A stretch of 63,045 nucleotides of DNA, counting the filler, from Craspedostauros australis (Eukaryota): assembly GCA_030167865.1 (NCBI GenBank). It is 13 parts of 13 records of this genome, joined end to end, with 100 filler letters (N's around TTAATTAATTAA, not from the genome) between each part and the next. Parts side by side here need not be neighbours in the genome. Positions count along the whole stretch, not along the records: positions 17,168 to 48,016 come from JALAGF010000474.1; 12 more parts are not named here. One strand, 5' to 3'. The position numbers and the translations under genes were made by a program. Shown piece by piece: positions 26,427 through 36,642 of the stretch; within the stretch, counting starts at the first letter, position 1; every line of letters begins with the position of its first letter. Below the pieces are notes generated by a model. That model did not search any database, had not been told where the DNA came from, and saw only the letters and a program-made list of their open reading frames with translations.

Positions 26427-26731
26427 CGCATGTCGCGAAGAAATATATACAGAGTACTACGGGTAGTGAGCCATGCAGTTTTCCTCTTCACTTTTCTTCT
26501 TCTCCGTCCCTGCCGCGTGATGCACGAACGACCGAATCGACCGACTTTGTTGTACGAGTACGAGTAGGAGTCCTTCAGCGAGTAGAGCACAGAATGCGAC
26601 TTGAAAGGTGTGAATAAGGAATGCAGCACTCAATTTGAAGAGTAAAGTGGATAGTGCCAATACCGCCTGCACAATGCAGCATGAGCGTCACGTTGCATCC
26701 TCCCCTACGAGTAACATGTCAGCATACCACA

Positions 26732-27994
26732 TCACGCCATGCTAATGAAGCCATCTTCCATGCCCTCATCGCCATCGTCGTGGCCGTCCTTGTCATCGCC
26801 GTCATCTTTCACAGCGCCCTGCTTATCTCCCCGTTGCACACTGTCACAATCGTCGTCGTTGTCGTCGTCCTGCGCAGCGCAGCTTGCATCGCGCCGCAAC
26901 AACGACGCCAACGTGCCACGCGACGTAAGGTCCATCACGACAGCACCATGCCGTTGGGTTTGCGCAGTGCGCAGCACTGCCAATGGCGCCTGTTGCATGG
27001 CAGCTTCCATCATGCTGGGCTTCCATTGACACACCGTGCACACCAAATTGCGAACATCATCGCATGATCGCAGCGCCATGGCACCGACATCGTTGGTGAG
27101 CTCCCGATTGCCTGAACTGAACAGGATGGGGACGCTGTCGGCCTGCCGCTGCTGTCCCATGCACGCCATCTGGACCTCGCGGCAGGTCTGCACGAACGAT
27201 TTGCGATGCTTGGGGTTGAGGATGGCAGCGGCGATGGGGATCTCGAGGGCGATATTGTTGCGGCGGATGGATGCAATATCTGCGGGGCGGATGCGGTAGG
27301 GCAAACGCGTGCCGCGACCGATGGTGTAATCCAGAGTGATGATGTTGACGAAGCTGGGCTGCGCGCACAGGGATTGGAAGGTCTCGTCATTGTGCGGTGC
27401 TGCCGAGACGATATCATACTGCTCCAAGACGCGCCTGGTGGCGTTGGCATTCGCATCGCTGCCGATGACCTGGCTACTGCTTGTGCTGAGATTGAACATG
27501 GCAATATCCGACAAGTTCTCGATGATGCAATGGAGTCGTTTGTGTGCACGTATCGTTCTGCTGGTCGTGCTGGAAGCCGTTTTCGATGTCGACCTACTTT
27601 GCCTGTTGTCCTGATCAAGCTTGGCTCGTTTGCTGCTCGGCCTGCTCACCGAAGCTGCGATCGTATCAACGCTGTTGCTGCACAGATCAGGCAGGCGCGT
27701 ATTCAGGTCGGAAAAGACTCTTTGGATGCTATCATCGTCTTGCCTTATTCGACCGAAGATCGTGTGGGTCAGAGCAACGTCGGTGTAACCCATGAATTCC
27801 AATTGATCCAGCAGCTTGTTGAGAATCAGTTGGTTGAACCCTCTGCCGGATGGATCCTTGGGCAAAGGCACCATGAGATCGAATGCTTTGCGCTTGCGTT
27901 CATCATTTGATGCTGATACTGATGATGCTGACGATGCACCAGCCAGACCGCTGGATCGTCTGCCCTTGCTCCTGGACTTTCTCTTTCTCGCCAT
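26732..27994 (-). CDS. RPP30: RNase P/MRP subunit p30-like
   Basis: AFDL, GYTDVALTH, YDIVSAAP, IALEI, ILFSSG, LRSCDDVRNL pattern; basic N-terminus and acidic tail. Confidence 0.8.
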   Translation of the reverse strand: MARKRKSRSKGRRSSGLAGASSASSVSASNDERKRKAFDLMVPLPKDPSGRGFNQLILNKLLDQLEFMGYTDVALTHTIFGRIRQDDDSIQRVFSDLNTRLPDLCSNSVDTIAASVSRPSSKRAKLDQDNRQSRSTSKTASSTTSRTIRAHKRLHCIIENLSDIAMFNLSTSSSQVIGSDANANATRRVLEQYDIVSAAPHNDETFQSLCAQPSFVNIITLDYTIGRGTRLPYRIRPADIASIRRNNIALEIPIAAAILNPKHRKSFVQTCREVQMACMGQQRQADSVPILFSSGNRELTNDVGAMALRSCDDVRNLVCTVCQWKPSMMEAAMQQAPLAVLRTAQTQRHGAVVMDLTSRGTLASLLRRDASCAAQDDDNDDDCDSVQRGDKQGAVKDDGDDKDGHDDGDEGMEDGFISMA

Positions 27995-28606
27995 CTTGCG
28001 TCAACTGACGGGCGTTGTGCACGATACGAGTGTGGAATAGGCTCGTTCTTGAGTGGATTGTTGATGCAACGAAGAGTATCGGAGGCAGACCGCGCGTGGA
28101 TGAGATTGATGCGATGGTGAATGGTGTTCGCCTTTGCCGCTAGTGGAGATTGTGGGTGGTGATGCCCTCTGTTGCCCTCCCCCAGTCACTGCTTGTTTTC
28201 ACTGGTTGGGAACAACTGTTGGTTCTGGCGCCAAATCTATCTTCGGAGTCGTGGATACGATTTGCCATTTCAGTCGAATTGATCGAATTCAGCATTGTTT
28301 TGGCTTCGTCACGCTACCGCCAACAGAGCAACAACATGAAAGAAACATGCCAGCGAGCGCCTGAACAAGCATCACGGTACAAGACACACACCTGCAGTAA
28401 CATTCCAGGTCATACCTGAACTCCGTTCACTGATCTGCCACAATACTATACTTGCTAATTCGAGGAATCGTGTACTCACCATACGTGCGAACATCGCCGT
28501 CTTCGCAAAGCCATCGAGAAGAAGAATCAAGCAAGGCCACAAGCCATTCAGCTATCGAGCAGCATCCGCACATACCAGTATTTCTACCGATCGAACTCGC
28601 AGCAGC

Positions 28607-29147
28607 ATGTCGCTGAGACGACCGCCGACGCGCATCGAATTGAAGACGGAGGACATCGAGGAGTACACGCAGGTGAGATTTCCTCTGTGCGTGACGTTCT
28701 GGCGTTGCTTCTTCAGTATTGTCATGTCACAATAGATAGCGGTATCCAATATGGTGTTGGCGCAGTGCAACACATGCGATAGAGGAGGCATTCCGACTAT
28801 TTCACATGAGATGAGGCCACACTCACAACAAACCCATCAAACATTGCAACTTGCCTGTCTTCTTGCCTTTTCTCTTTCTTTCCGAAATGTGGTCATAACT
28901 GCACCACTTTCCCATTCCCATTCTACCTCTGCATTTGCACATCACTGTCACCAACATGGCTTTCGGAGAATAGATGATGAAGCAACGGCTGGCCTCTGAA
29001 AATGCAAAGGCTGGCAATGACAACGCCGGGGGGCAATCTGGGAAGGCAGCCAATTCGTCATCATCCAAAAATGACAAGATCTACTCCGATAGCGCACGCA
29101 AGCCATCTGCGTCAGAGCGCATCGGTCTCAACCTGCAATACGGATAG
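28607..29147 (+). CDS. CDC26: APC/C subunit CDC26, 79 aa; exons 28607-28672 and 28974-29147 (absent from the ORF track)
   Basis: MSLRRPPTRIELKTEDIEEY matches the CDC26 N-terminal signature; CAG/GTGAGA donor and TAG acceptor; exon 2 ends SERIGLNLQYG*. Confidence 0.85.
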
Positions 29148-29678
29148 CGCCGCCATATTTGCTTCCTCGACATTGTATGAAAGGAGGACTGTTGCAACTG
29201 TCAAACGCACCAGTGAAAGCTGTCAGCAACGACCATTGCCAAAGAAGGCCAAAAAGGTCAACATCAGCAAGAGAGAGAGGCGCCTTGAGGTGGTGCGTTC
29301 ACGCGCGTTCATGCCACCAGAAGTATGGGGATGGAAGCAATTCAAAGGGTGCAAGAGTGACTTGCCTTCGCGTTTTTCGGTGACGGAAACACGCTCGGGT
29401 GGTAGCACTGCGCTGTGTGAGCGGCAGAAGAAATCAATTGGAAACTAAGATGGCCCGACAAAGCATACCGTTGGTCCAGAGAGAGAGAGAGAGAAAAAGA
29501 GAGAGATGGAAAGGAATCCGAAACAAAGGCACAAGCACAAGCAAACGCAAACCCAAGCAGTGCCGCATCGAACGCTGCCCAATATGTTGCAACAACAGCG
29601 CCCTCACATATCGAGCAAAGCCAATCCATGATGTGTCATCCTAGTTCGTTTTAGTCCTGGGAAAGTACCAGCACCGCG

Positions 29679-30419
29679 CTATATCAGGAAGTCGGGATTG
29701 GTCAAATCCAACGCTTTCGGCAGCGGGTCCGTTCCGTCCGTGACGATTTCGGCACCTCCCAGACCGATCGCGGAACCCAACCAACCAGGGCCCAAAAAGA
29801 AATTGAGTGCCAAGAATAGCACGGTCATTGCGCCAAGCGCGTATGTGAAAGTACCGATTCCCAACAACTGCAAAAATGAATGCCACGGAGTAAAGTAGGG
29901 GCAGCCGTGACAAAGAAAGAGCACAGCATTGTTGTGCAAGTTGCATCGTTGTGAGATGAAGCTGAACGAAACGTAATATGATACGGAGTAGCACAATGTG
30001 ACAGGACAGCGTACTGAGATGGAGCAGCAGAGTCATCATGTGATGAACAACAAGGGAGACCACGCGGGTTGCATTCTGCGTGCGCAAAAGTATGCACCCA
30101 TCACATCCTATCTCACCTCCTTCATAATCGACCATTGGGATGGCTGATTCGCTTGCAGTTCCTCCAGCATCTCCGGCGTTAAGTCTTCGTCGGCCATGAC
30201 GACGTTGTCCGGATCCTGCCCTTCCAGCATATCCTTGAGCTCATTGGGAATCTTGTTCATTTGCAAGACTGGGCTGCGATATTGGCAAGCAAAGGCATTG
30301 CGGCGGTGTGGTGCGAAGGATGCCGCGGAATGGCATTGCAGCAGAAGAACGGCAACAATCGTCAGCAGCGCAATCCTCCTCATCCTGCTTGTTGGTCTTT
30401 CGTTTTGTTTTGATGGCAC
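29679..30419 (-). CDS. Hypothetical plastid-targeted membrane protein; exons 30419 (or 30383)-30117 and 29867-29679
   Basis: Signal peptide plus SAASFAP; GTGAGA...TTTGCAG phase-0 intron; hydrophobic FTYALGAMTVLFLALNFFLGPGWLG. Confidence 0.75.
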
Positions 30420-30663
30420 GCGATGGATGCGTCGTGAACGTGTGGGCTGTCGCAGTTGACGCTGTCACTGTTCGTCCTTGGTCCTCGATTGGAATCGTAC
30501 GAGTAGCGTGTTGGCCTCCGCAGGCACCGTCAAGTCAGAAGTAGAGAACGGAAACGAGTGTTGCGATTGCGTTTCTCAAATGCGTATGGCGAACACGGCT
30601 GCCAACACAAGATACTTTGACACTTGCGTTGTGGCGCCTTCTTTCGATGTGACGCGTCCCCCA

Positions 30664-30716
30664 AAAACATGGGAACACAAAACACGGGAACACAAAACAC
30701 GGAAACACAAAACACG
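30664..30716. repeat. 15-bp tandem repeat, 3.5 copies, in a divergent intergenic region
   Basis: aaaacatgggaacac / aaaacacgggaacac / aaaacacggaaacac / aaaacacg. Confidence 0.85.
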
Positions 30717-31062
30717 CGCGCCAATTTGGCGCCAAAGATTGAGTCGCATGAGTCATGGAAACAACACGATTTGCTCCAAGTGGAAGGAGAAAAGAAAAAA
30801 CATCACTTCCACGATCCTCCACGAATCTCGGTCTCACAACTTTCCGGCCCCTCACGGTACTCCACAGTACAAGAGAGAGGCAAACGTCACTCACAAACCC
30901 CCAAATCAAGGCAATTGCATTTCGCACTCGTACCTGTACTCGCATTGTCGTTGTCATCTGCGAAGGAAGAAGAAGTCAGCTATTCCACATCAAACGTTGA
31001 TCTCATTTTCAAACTCCTCCAAACGGCGCTAAACAGCACCGAACAACGCAAAGAATTGAACA

Positions 31063-32367
31063 ATGAAGATCATCAAGCTGATCCCGTCGCTGTTCCTGGC
31101 ATCCGTCGTATGGATGATGGATGACGCTATCATCACGGCTGTTGCGGCTGCCGAGCAGGATGTTGCCGAGATGGAAGCTGAGGTTGTTGTGGAGGAGTCC
31201 GCAACGCAAGGAGAGGAGGAGTTGATCGAAGAAGATGTTGTCACCTCCGAGGAAGGTGAAACTGCAGATGATGAAACCGTTTCAGACGAAACGGGAGAAA
31301 GCGAAGCAGCAGCCGAAGAAGAGGTAGCCACAGAGGCAGCAGCTGCGACCGACGATGGTGAGACCACCTCGGATGCAACAGAAGAGGCTGCCACGCAGCA
31401 ACAGGAGTCCGAAGCAGCAGCTGACGCTGCAGCTGATAAGAAGGAGAAGCAACTGCCAGTGCAGGCCGGACCATTGGTGGACTTGTTGGGACCGAGCTTG
31501 CTGTCTCTCGAAATGATCGACGAGACGACTGCCCAATTCAAGCAGCATTTGACCAGCGATGCTCTTGCTGGAAAGAAGGTCATTGGATTGTACTTCAGCG
31601 CCGATTGGTGAGTGCAATATGTTTGGCATGTCGTGTGCAGCGTCAGAAACCACGATATGCGGAATTGCTTTGTCGATGCATACAAATTGAAGCGATGCCA
31701 TCATGTGTTTGGATGCTCTGTGCTGTGCGTGATGAACAGATGGCTTTGTCTGCATTCCTGTGCCATGCATCAAACCCAACAGAGCTTGATCGATCATAGC
31801 GCTTCCATGAATCTTTAACTCTCACAAATATTCGTCGTTGCTGTGATCCCACCATCATCACCGAACAACAAACACGAACACGAACACATCAGGTGCGGAC
31901 CATGCCGACAATTCACACCAGAGCTAGTCAACTTCTACAACCGCATGAACAACCGCCGTGGCCGCAAGGGTGAGTTTGAAATCGTCTGGATTTCGAGATG
32001 TCGCGACGTCGACTCCTACGGACAGTACTTCACCCAGATGAACTGGTTGGCAATGCCACCGGAAGAGGCCATGGGACAGCGCGGCATGGCTCTCGGAGAT
32101 AAGTACAAGGTCAAGGGCATCCCCTCCCTTGTCCTCCTCGATGATCTGGGTCAGGTCATCACCACCGACGCCCGCAACAAGATCCCGCAGGACACGGCCG
32201 GCATTGGCTTTCCGTGGCGCAGCCCGTTGGCGACCGTGATATCAGTCATCCTTCCACGATCGTTGCGGTTGATGCTTGGCAATCAACTCGGCATCATTAA
32301 GAGCAAGGTCATCGACAAGGTCAAATCGTTGTTGCCTGGAAGAGCGAAGGCACCTGCGATGGCGTAA
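31063..32367 (+). CDS. Nucleoredoxin/tryparedoxin-like thioredoxin with signal peptide and acidic linker; exons 31063-31607 and 31893-32367
   Basis: GKKVIGLYFSADW-CGPCRQFTPEL (W codon split by GTGAGT...CAG), FEIVWIS, WLAMP, VKGIPSLVLL, GFPW. Confidence 0.92.
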
Positions 32368-32762
32368 ACGGAATGCGAGGTGCTCGAAAGGGTCTCGTTT
32401 GCTTTCTCAATGGTCAAGCAGAGTACGGATAGAGTCATCAACGACTATGCGAGTATACAGATACAGTAGACAGTAAACAGTAAACAGTAAACAAATCCCT
32501 CCATTGCTTATCCGTGCATACCTATGCATACCGCTCCTATCCACTCGTTGCGTCGACTCGTGATGAACTTGAAAATAATCCACAAATGGACGTCCGCTCA
32601 CGCGTTATGGTGGCACCGAAGTCTTCAAATACGTACATTCATGACTACGCATTCAAAGCGCCCAGTTGCTCAGTTTGCACATTGCGTCTTGCACAAGCTT
32701 CTTGGCTCTATTCCAACCTGCATACGACTATGGTGCTACGTTTACCTCTCAACTGGCACACT

Positions 32763-34355
32763 CTACATGTCATCGTCTTCTTGACTTGTGATGCCGAGCT
32801 GTTCATAGATGGTTCCAATCTTTTCAAAGGCGTCCATCATCTCCTTCAGGCTCTCACGCTTCTCTTCCGCATCCCCTTCCAGGTACACTGGATCGCCCCG
32901 CGATGGCAGGATGACGTTGAACCGGTCCACGTAGGTGTCGATCAATGCCGTCGCCGACTTCACCTGAAGGGTGATGCCTGCCTTGCTCGTGGTGATGTAT
33001 CCTCGTACATCCATGGCAGGTCCCGTGGCTCCCACGCCCGTGTTGACATCGCGCCTGTCGTCCTCGGCGGGGATGGTGTATCCCGAACAGCACAACTCGA
33101 GCTGGGGGAAGACGTACGAGACGCTGCCGAAGGTGTGTCCGGGCGTGTGGATGGCCAGGATCGGTTTGGTCTCTTCGCGGATTCGGATGTTTTCGGGAGA
33201 GTACGGATCGTCGCTTGGTTCGACTGCCGTGGCGTTGGTACCTCCCTCCTTTTCAGGCGTGACGCCCTTGACGAAGAAGTCCTGAACCTCAGCGTGATTC
33301 CATTCCGCGTAGTGCAACGGCCTGCCCGTCTCCACAAAGGTCACGTTGCTTTCGCACATGGCGAATGGACCATTGCCATCTAGACGCTGCGTGACAAGCT
33401 CCTGGCAATCTCGTGGAACGTCAATACGGTACGCAATGATCTCCACATCCTGAAACGCAGTCGTCCATCGTTCCAAATCAGCACGACGGATGGTGTACAC
33501 CGATGGCGATTCGTCATAGTGAATGCCTTCTCTGTTGGTGATGATAATGGTGGAAAGGGTGCTGCCCGTGCCCATGTATCGGCGGAACTTGGCCGCCAGC
33601 TCGTCCGAGTAGGGTGGCACGTCGACCATGACGTAGTCCGATCGCCTCGGTGCAGTGCTGGCACTGTCATCCTCCGTGTCTGGGTCCTGGAGGTCACCAT
33701 CGATCGCAGTTTCTTCCTTCCTGGTGTTCTGTCTCCGATGCAATCCGATCAAGTATCGCACAGGCTCGAATGTTGTCTTGGTTGCCGTCGTGACGATCTG
33801 CGCGGCATCCACGCCCTTCGGCATGCCCTTGATGATCGGAACGAGCTCCGTGGCGAACTGATCCCTCTGGGAGTCCATCATCTCGTCGAAGACGGAAACG
33901 CCCGTCGATGGGATGGGCGCGTCGCTCATAACGTCATCCGCCTTCAACTGCTCCATGTAGGGCGAGTCGTAGTTCAGATCGCTGGCAGCATCGGCCGCCG
34001 CGGATGACGAAGAGGCTTGGCCGCCGCTTGCGAGGTTGGAACCCTCCTTTGGCAACGAATCTGTCAACCAATCCATGGTTGGGATTTCGCCCTTATCCTT
34101 TCCACCATCGCCGCCGCTGCCATTGCCGTTGTTGGAATTGGCACGACGAGCACTGGCCGTGGCTCTCTGTGGCCAAATGGCCCGCGTCGTGAAGCTGAGG
34201 GATGGAGACAATCCGCATCGTGGCAACGGAGAGAACGACTCCACCGTTGAGATCATCAAGAAGGACGCTTGCAGCAGCGTCAGCAGAGCCATCGTGGATG
34301 CAAACTTGTTCCCTTTCTCTCTCCAATTTTGCCATCGAATTAGAGCCATGGTCAA
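32763..34355 (-). CDS. Metallo-beta-lactamase-fold protein, probably plastid-targeted, with a degenerate metal motif
   Basis: VMVDVP, IIITNRE, IHTPGHTFGSV, ILPSRG; hydrophobic leader plus VESFSP. Confidence 0.7.
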   Translation of the reverse strand: MTMALIRWQNWREKGNKFASTMALLTLLQASFLMISTVESFSPLPRCGLSPSLSFTTRAIWPQRATASARRANSNNGNGSGGDGGKDKGEIPTMDWLTDSLPKEGSNLASGGQASSSSAAADAASDLNYDSPYMEQLKADDVMSDAPIPSTGVSVFDEMMDSQRDQFATELVPIIKGMPKGVDAAQIVTTATKTTFEPVRYLIGLHRRQNTRKEETAIDGDLQDPDTEDDSASTAPRRSDYVMVDVPPYSDELAAKFRRYMGTGSTLSTIIITNREGIHYDESPSVYTIRRADLERWTTAFQDVEIIAYRIDVPRDCQELVTQRLDGNGPFAMCESNVTFVETGRPLHYAEWNHAEVQDFFVKGVTPEKEGGTNATAVEPSDDPYSPENIRIREETKPILAIHTPGHTFGSVSYVFPQLELCCSGYTIPAEDDRRDVNTGVGATGPAMDVRGYITTSKAGITLQVKSATALIDTYVDRFNVILPSRGDPVYLEGDAEEKRESLKEMMDAFEKIGTIYEQLGITSQEDDDM

Positions 34356-35040
34356 TCACTTGTTTCTTGTATACTATTAGTGCACTGGTGGGAAACGGTC
34401 CGATTAGATTAGATTCAATTCAATGGAGTATTTCAATGGAGTATTTCAATGGAGTGCATGTAATCTTTGTCGATGCGAGGCGAGCTGGCCGCAAAGGTCC
34501 TTTCTCGTTCGCGCGATGTGTTGATGTGTTGATGTGCCGATGTGTTGTTGGGTGGTCAAGATGTCTCCATTCCGTTCTTTCGGTTGTGTTTGATGTTTGT
34601 TGAATTTTCTGATCCTTGGTTTCTTCTGATTGGTCACAAACAGGCGGCAGCAAATGTTGTGATTGATGTGATCGCGTGAGTCAATAGTGATTGCCTCCAT
34701 CCCGTCGTGACGTCACGCCTGCGTCTGGTTTCGCTCCAATAGACACCTCGTGTTTGGGGTCGTGCTGGGTCGTGGAAGTTTGTGAGAGGACAAAGATTGT
34801 GACGTCAGAATGGGGATCGGCCATCCTTCTGTTGCCATCACTGCCACCTTCCAAAGATCCGATTTGGTCCATTCCGAACCAACATGGCCACCACATCACA
34901 TTGGCAACACGCGCCATCGTTGGTCTACTATCCGTGTACGAGCTACTCGCCATCCAACACACAAGAGAGTGACAAAGAGAGAGAGAGAGCAGTTGCTTCG
35001 TATAATACATATTATACGTGATAGTCCATAGGTACTCAAG

Positions 35041-36420
35041 ATGGAGCTACGTCGGACGTTGACCTTGATGGGTCAGCTCATGTGGCTGCGTCGATCATCG
35101 GCATTCACGCAATGGCTCCCATCAAGCGGCAATGCGAGGAATGGATTGCGATGTGACGATCATGGTCCTTGCCTTGCGCACACAGATCCAACGCACAACA
35201 ACGATGAAAAAAGAGATGGTCGTTTCACCACGTCGGCAACAGTGAAACCGTCGTCGTCATCACAGCTATTGTCGTCACCACAGCTATCATCATCTCACGA
35301 CGGACATCCAACTTCTCTGATGACTTCAAGGTCAGGCTTTCTTTCGACGATGCTGCTGGCAGCAACAACGGCACCATCTGTCGCGGATGCTGTGTCAAGC
35401 CTGGATTCAGCGCAATCTGTCATTCCGAGTAGCAGCAGCAGGAGGCTCTCTGGATCCAATCCGGCATCCACAGAATTCTCAAACATGATGCAAGGCTCCA
35501 TGCATACCAGTATTGCTAACACGGCAGCAACAACGTCGGCGACGCAAATGTCCAGCAAGATCCAGGAGAGCATCTCCGGCTTTGCGGCGGGAGCATCCCT
35601 GGTAGCCACCAAGACGGTCGTGAAGTACCCGCTCGACACTGCGACCGTCCGAGTGCAGATGCCCAATTCCGACTACACAATCCGCAATCCGTTTCGCTTG
35701 TTCGCCGGCAGCTACGACGGCATCACCCTGAGCCTGCTGTCCAACATACCCGGCGGCGCCATCTTCTTTGCCACGAAGGACTTCACGAAGGCCGCGCTGA
35801 AGGAATCTCCGCTGACGCAAGACATGCCACGATGGCTTCTGACCACCGCCGCCGTCGCCACCGCCCAGCTGCCGTACTGGTGCATCCGCAATCCCAGCGA
35901 GGTGATCAAGGTGCGGCAGCAGACCGCCGTCGACGGATACGGCAACGGGACGTCGGCATTGGAGGCATTCCAGACGACGCTGCGATCGTCAGGCAACTCG
36001 ACCCTGCAGGAGTTCTACACGGGATACTGGGAGAACATTGCGTACGCCCTGCCGGCCGACGTCGTCAAGTTCGTGGCCTACGACACCATCACGCAGGGTC
36101 GCAAGAATCTGCCTCCGCTGGAAGGCGCGACCGCAGGGGCCATGGCGACGGCTGTGGCGCAGTTGGCAACCACGCCATTGGACGTGGTGCGGAATCGGTT
36201 GATGACGGGGACGTCGTCTCCTGAGACGGAAGGGTATTTCGAGAGCCTTGCGACAATCGCGAAGGAAGAAGGATGGCGAGGTCTGTTTGCGGGCGCCACG
36301 CCGAGGGTGGGCAAGGCCATTCTGAGCGGCGCGATTCAGTTCGCAACGTACGAGGAGACGAAACGGAAGATGTCGCGAATGCTCGAAGGACCGAATGTTG
36401 TGAAGAAAGAAGGCGGATAG
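35041..36420 (+). CDS. Mitochondrial carrier family protein (SAM-carrier-like) with a long N-terminal presequence
   Basis: Three carrier signatures PLDTATVR, PSEVIKVR, PLDVVRNR; EEGWRGLFAG, IQFATYE; SSAF leader. Confidence 0.9.
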   Translation: MELRRTLTLMGQLMWLRRSSAFTQWLPSSGNARNGLRCDDHGPCLAHTDPTHNNDEKRDGRFTTSATVKPSSSSQLLSSPQLSSSHDGHPTSLMTSRSGFLSTMLLAATTAPSVADAVSSLDSAQSVIPSSSSRRLSGSNPASTEFSNMMQGSMHTSIANTAATTSATQMSSKIQESISGFAAGASLVATKTVVKYPLDTATVRVQMPNSDYTIRNPFRLFAGSYDGITLSLLSNIPGGAIFFATKDFTKAALKESPLTQDMPRWLLTTAAVATAQLPYWCIRNPSEVIKVRQQTAVDGYGNGTSALEAFQTTLRSSGNSTLQEFYTGYWENIAYALPADVVKFVAYDTITQGRKNLPPLEGATAGAMATAVAQLATTPLDVVRNRLMTGTSSPETEGYFESLATIAKEEGWRGLFAGATPRVGKAILSGAIQFATYEETKRKMSRMLEGPNVVKKEGG

Positions 36421-36642
36421 AGCACGAGTAGTGTGCTGCACAATAGAGTCCGGACATGATCGTGTCACTCTCTCTGAAGTAAACGCTATTTCATTGAACT
36501 CCATGGAATAATAAAGAGTGAGTATTAGAGGATGATACGTGTGTCCATCAATCAACGTTCACCACGCATGATCGTATTGTGTCGTCCCCCCAAAGCAAAG
36601 TGTTTGCTGCGATTGTCCTTTGATTGCGTTGTTCAGTCCACC

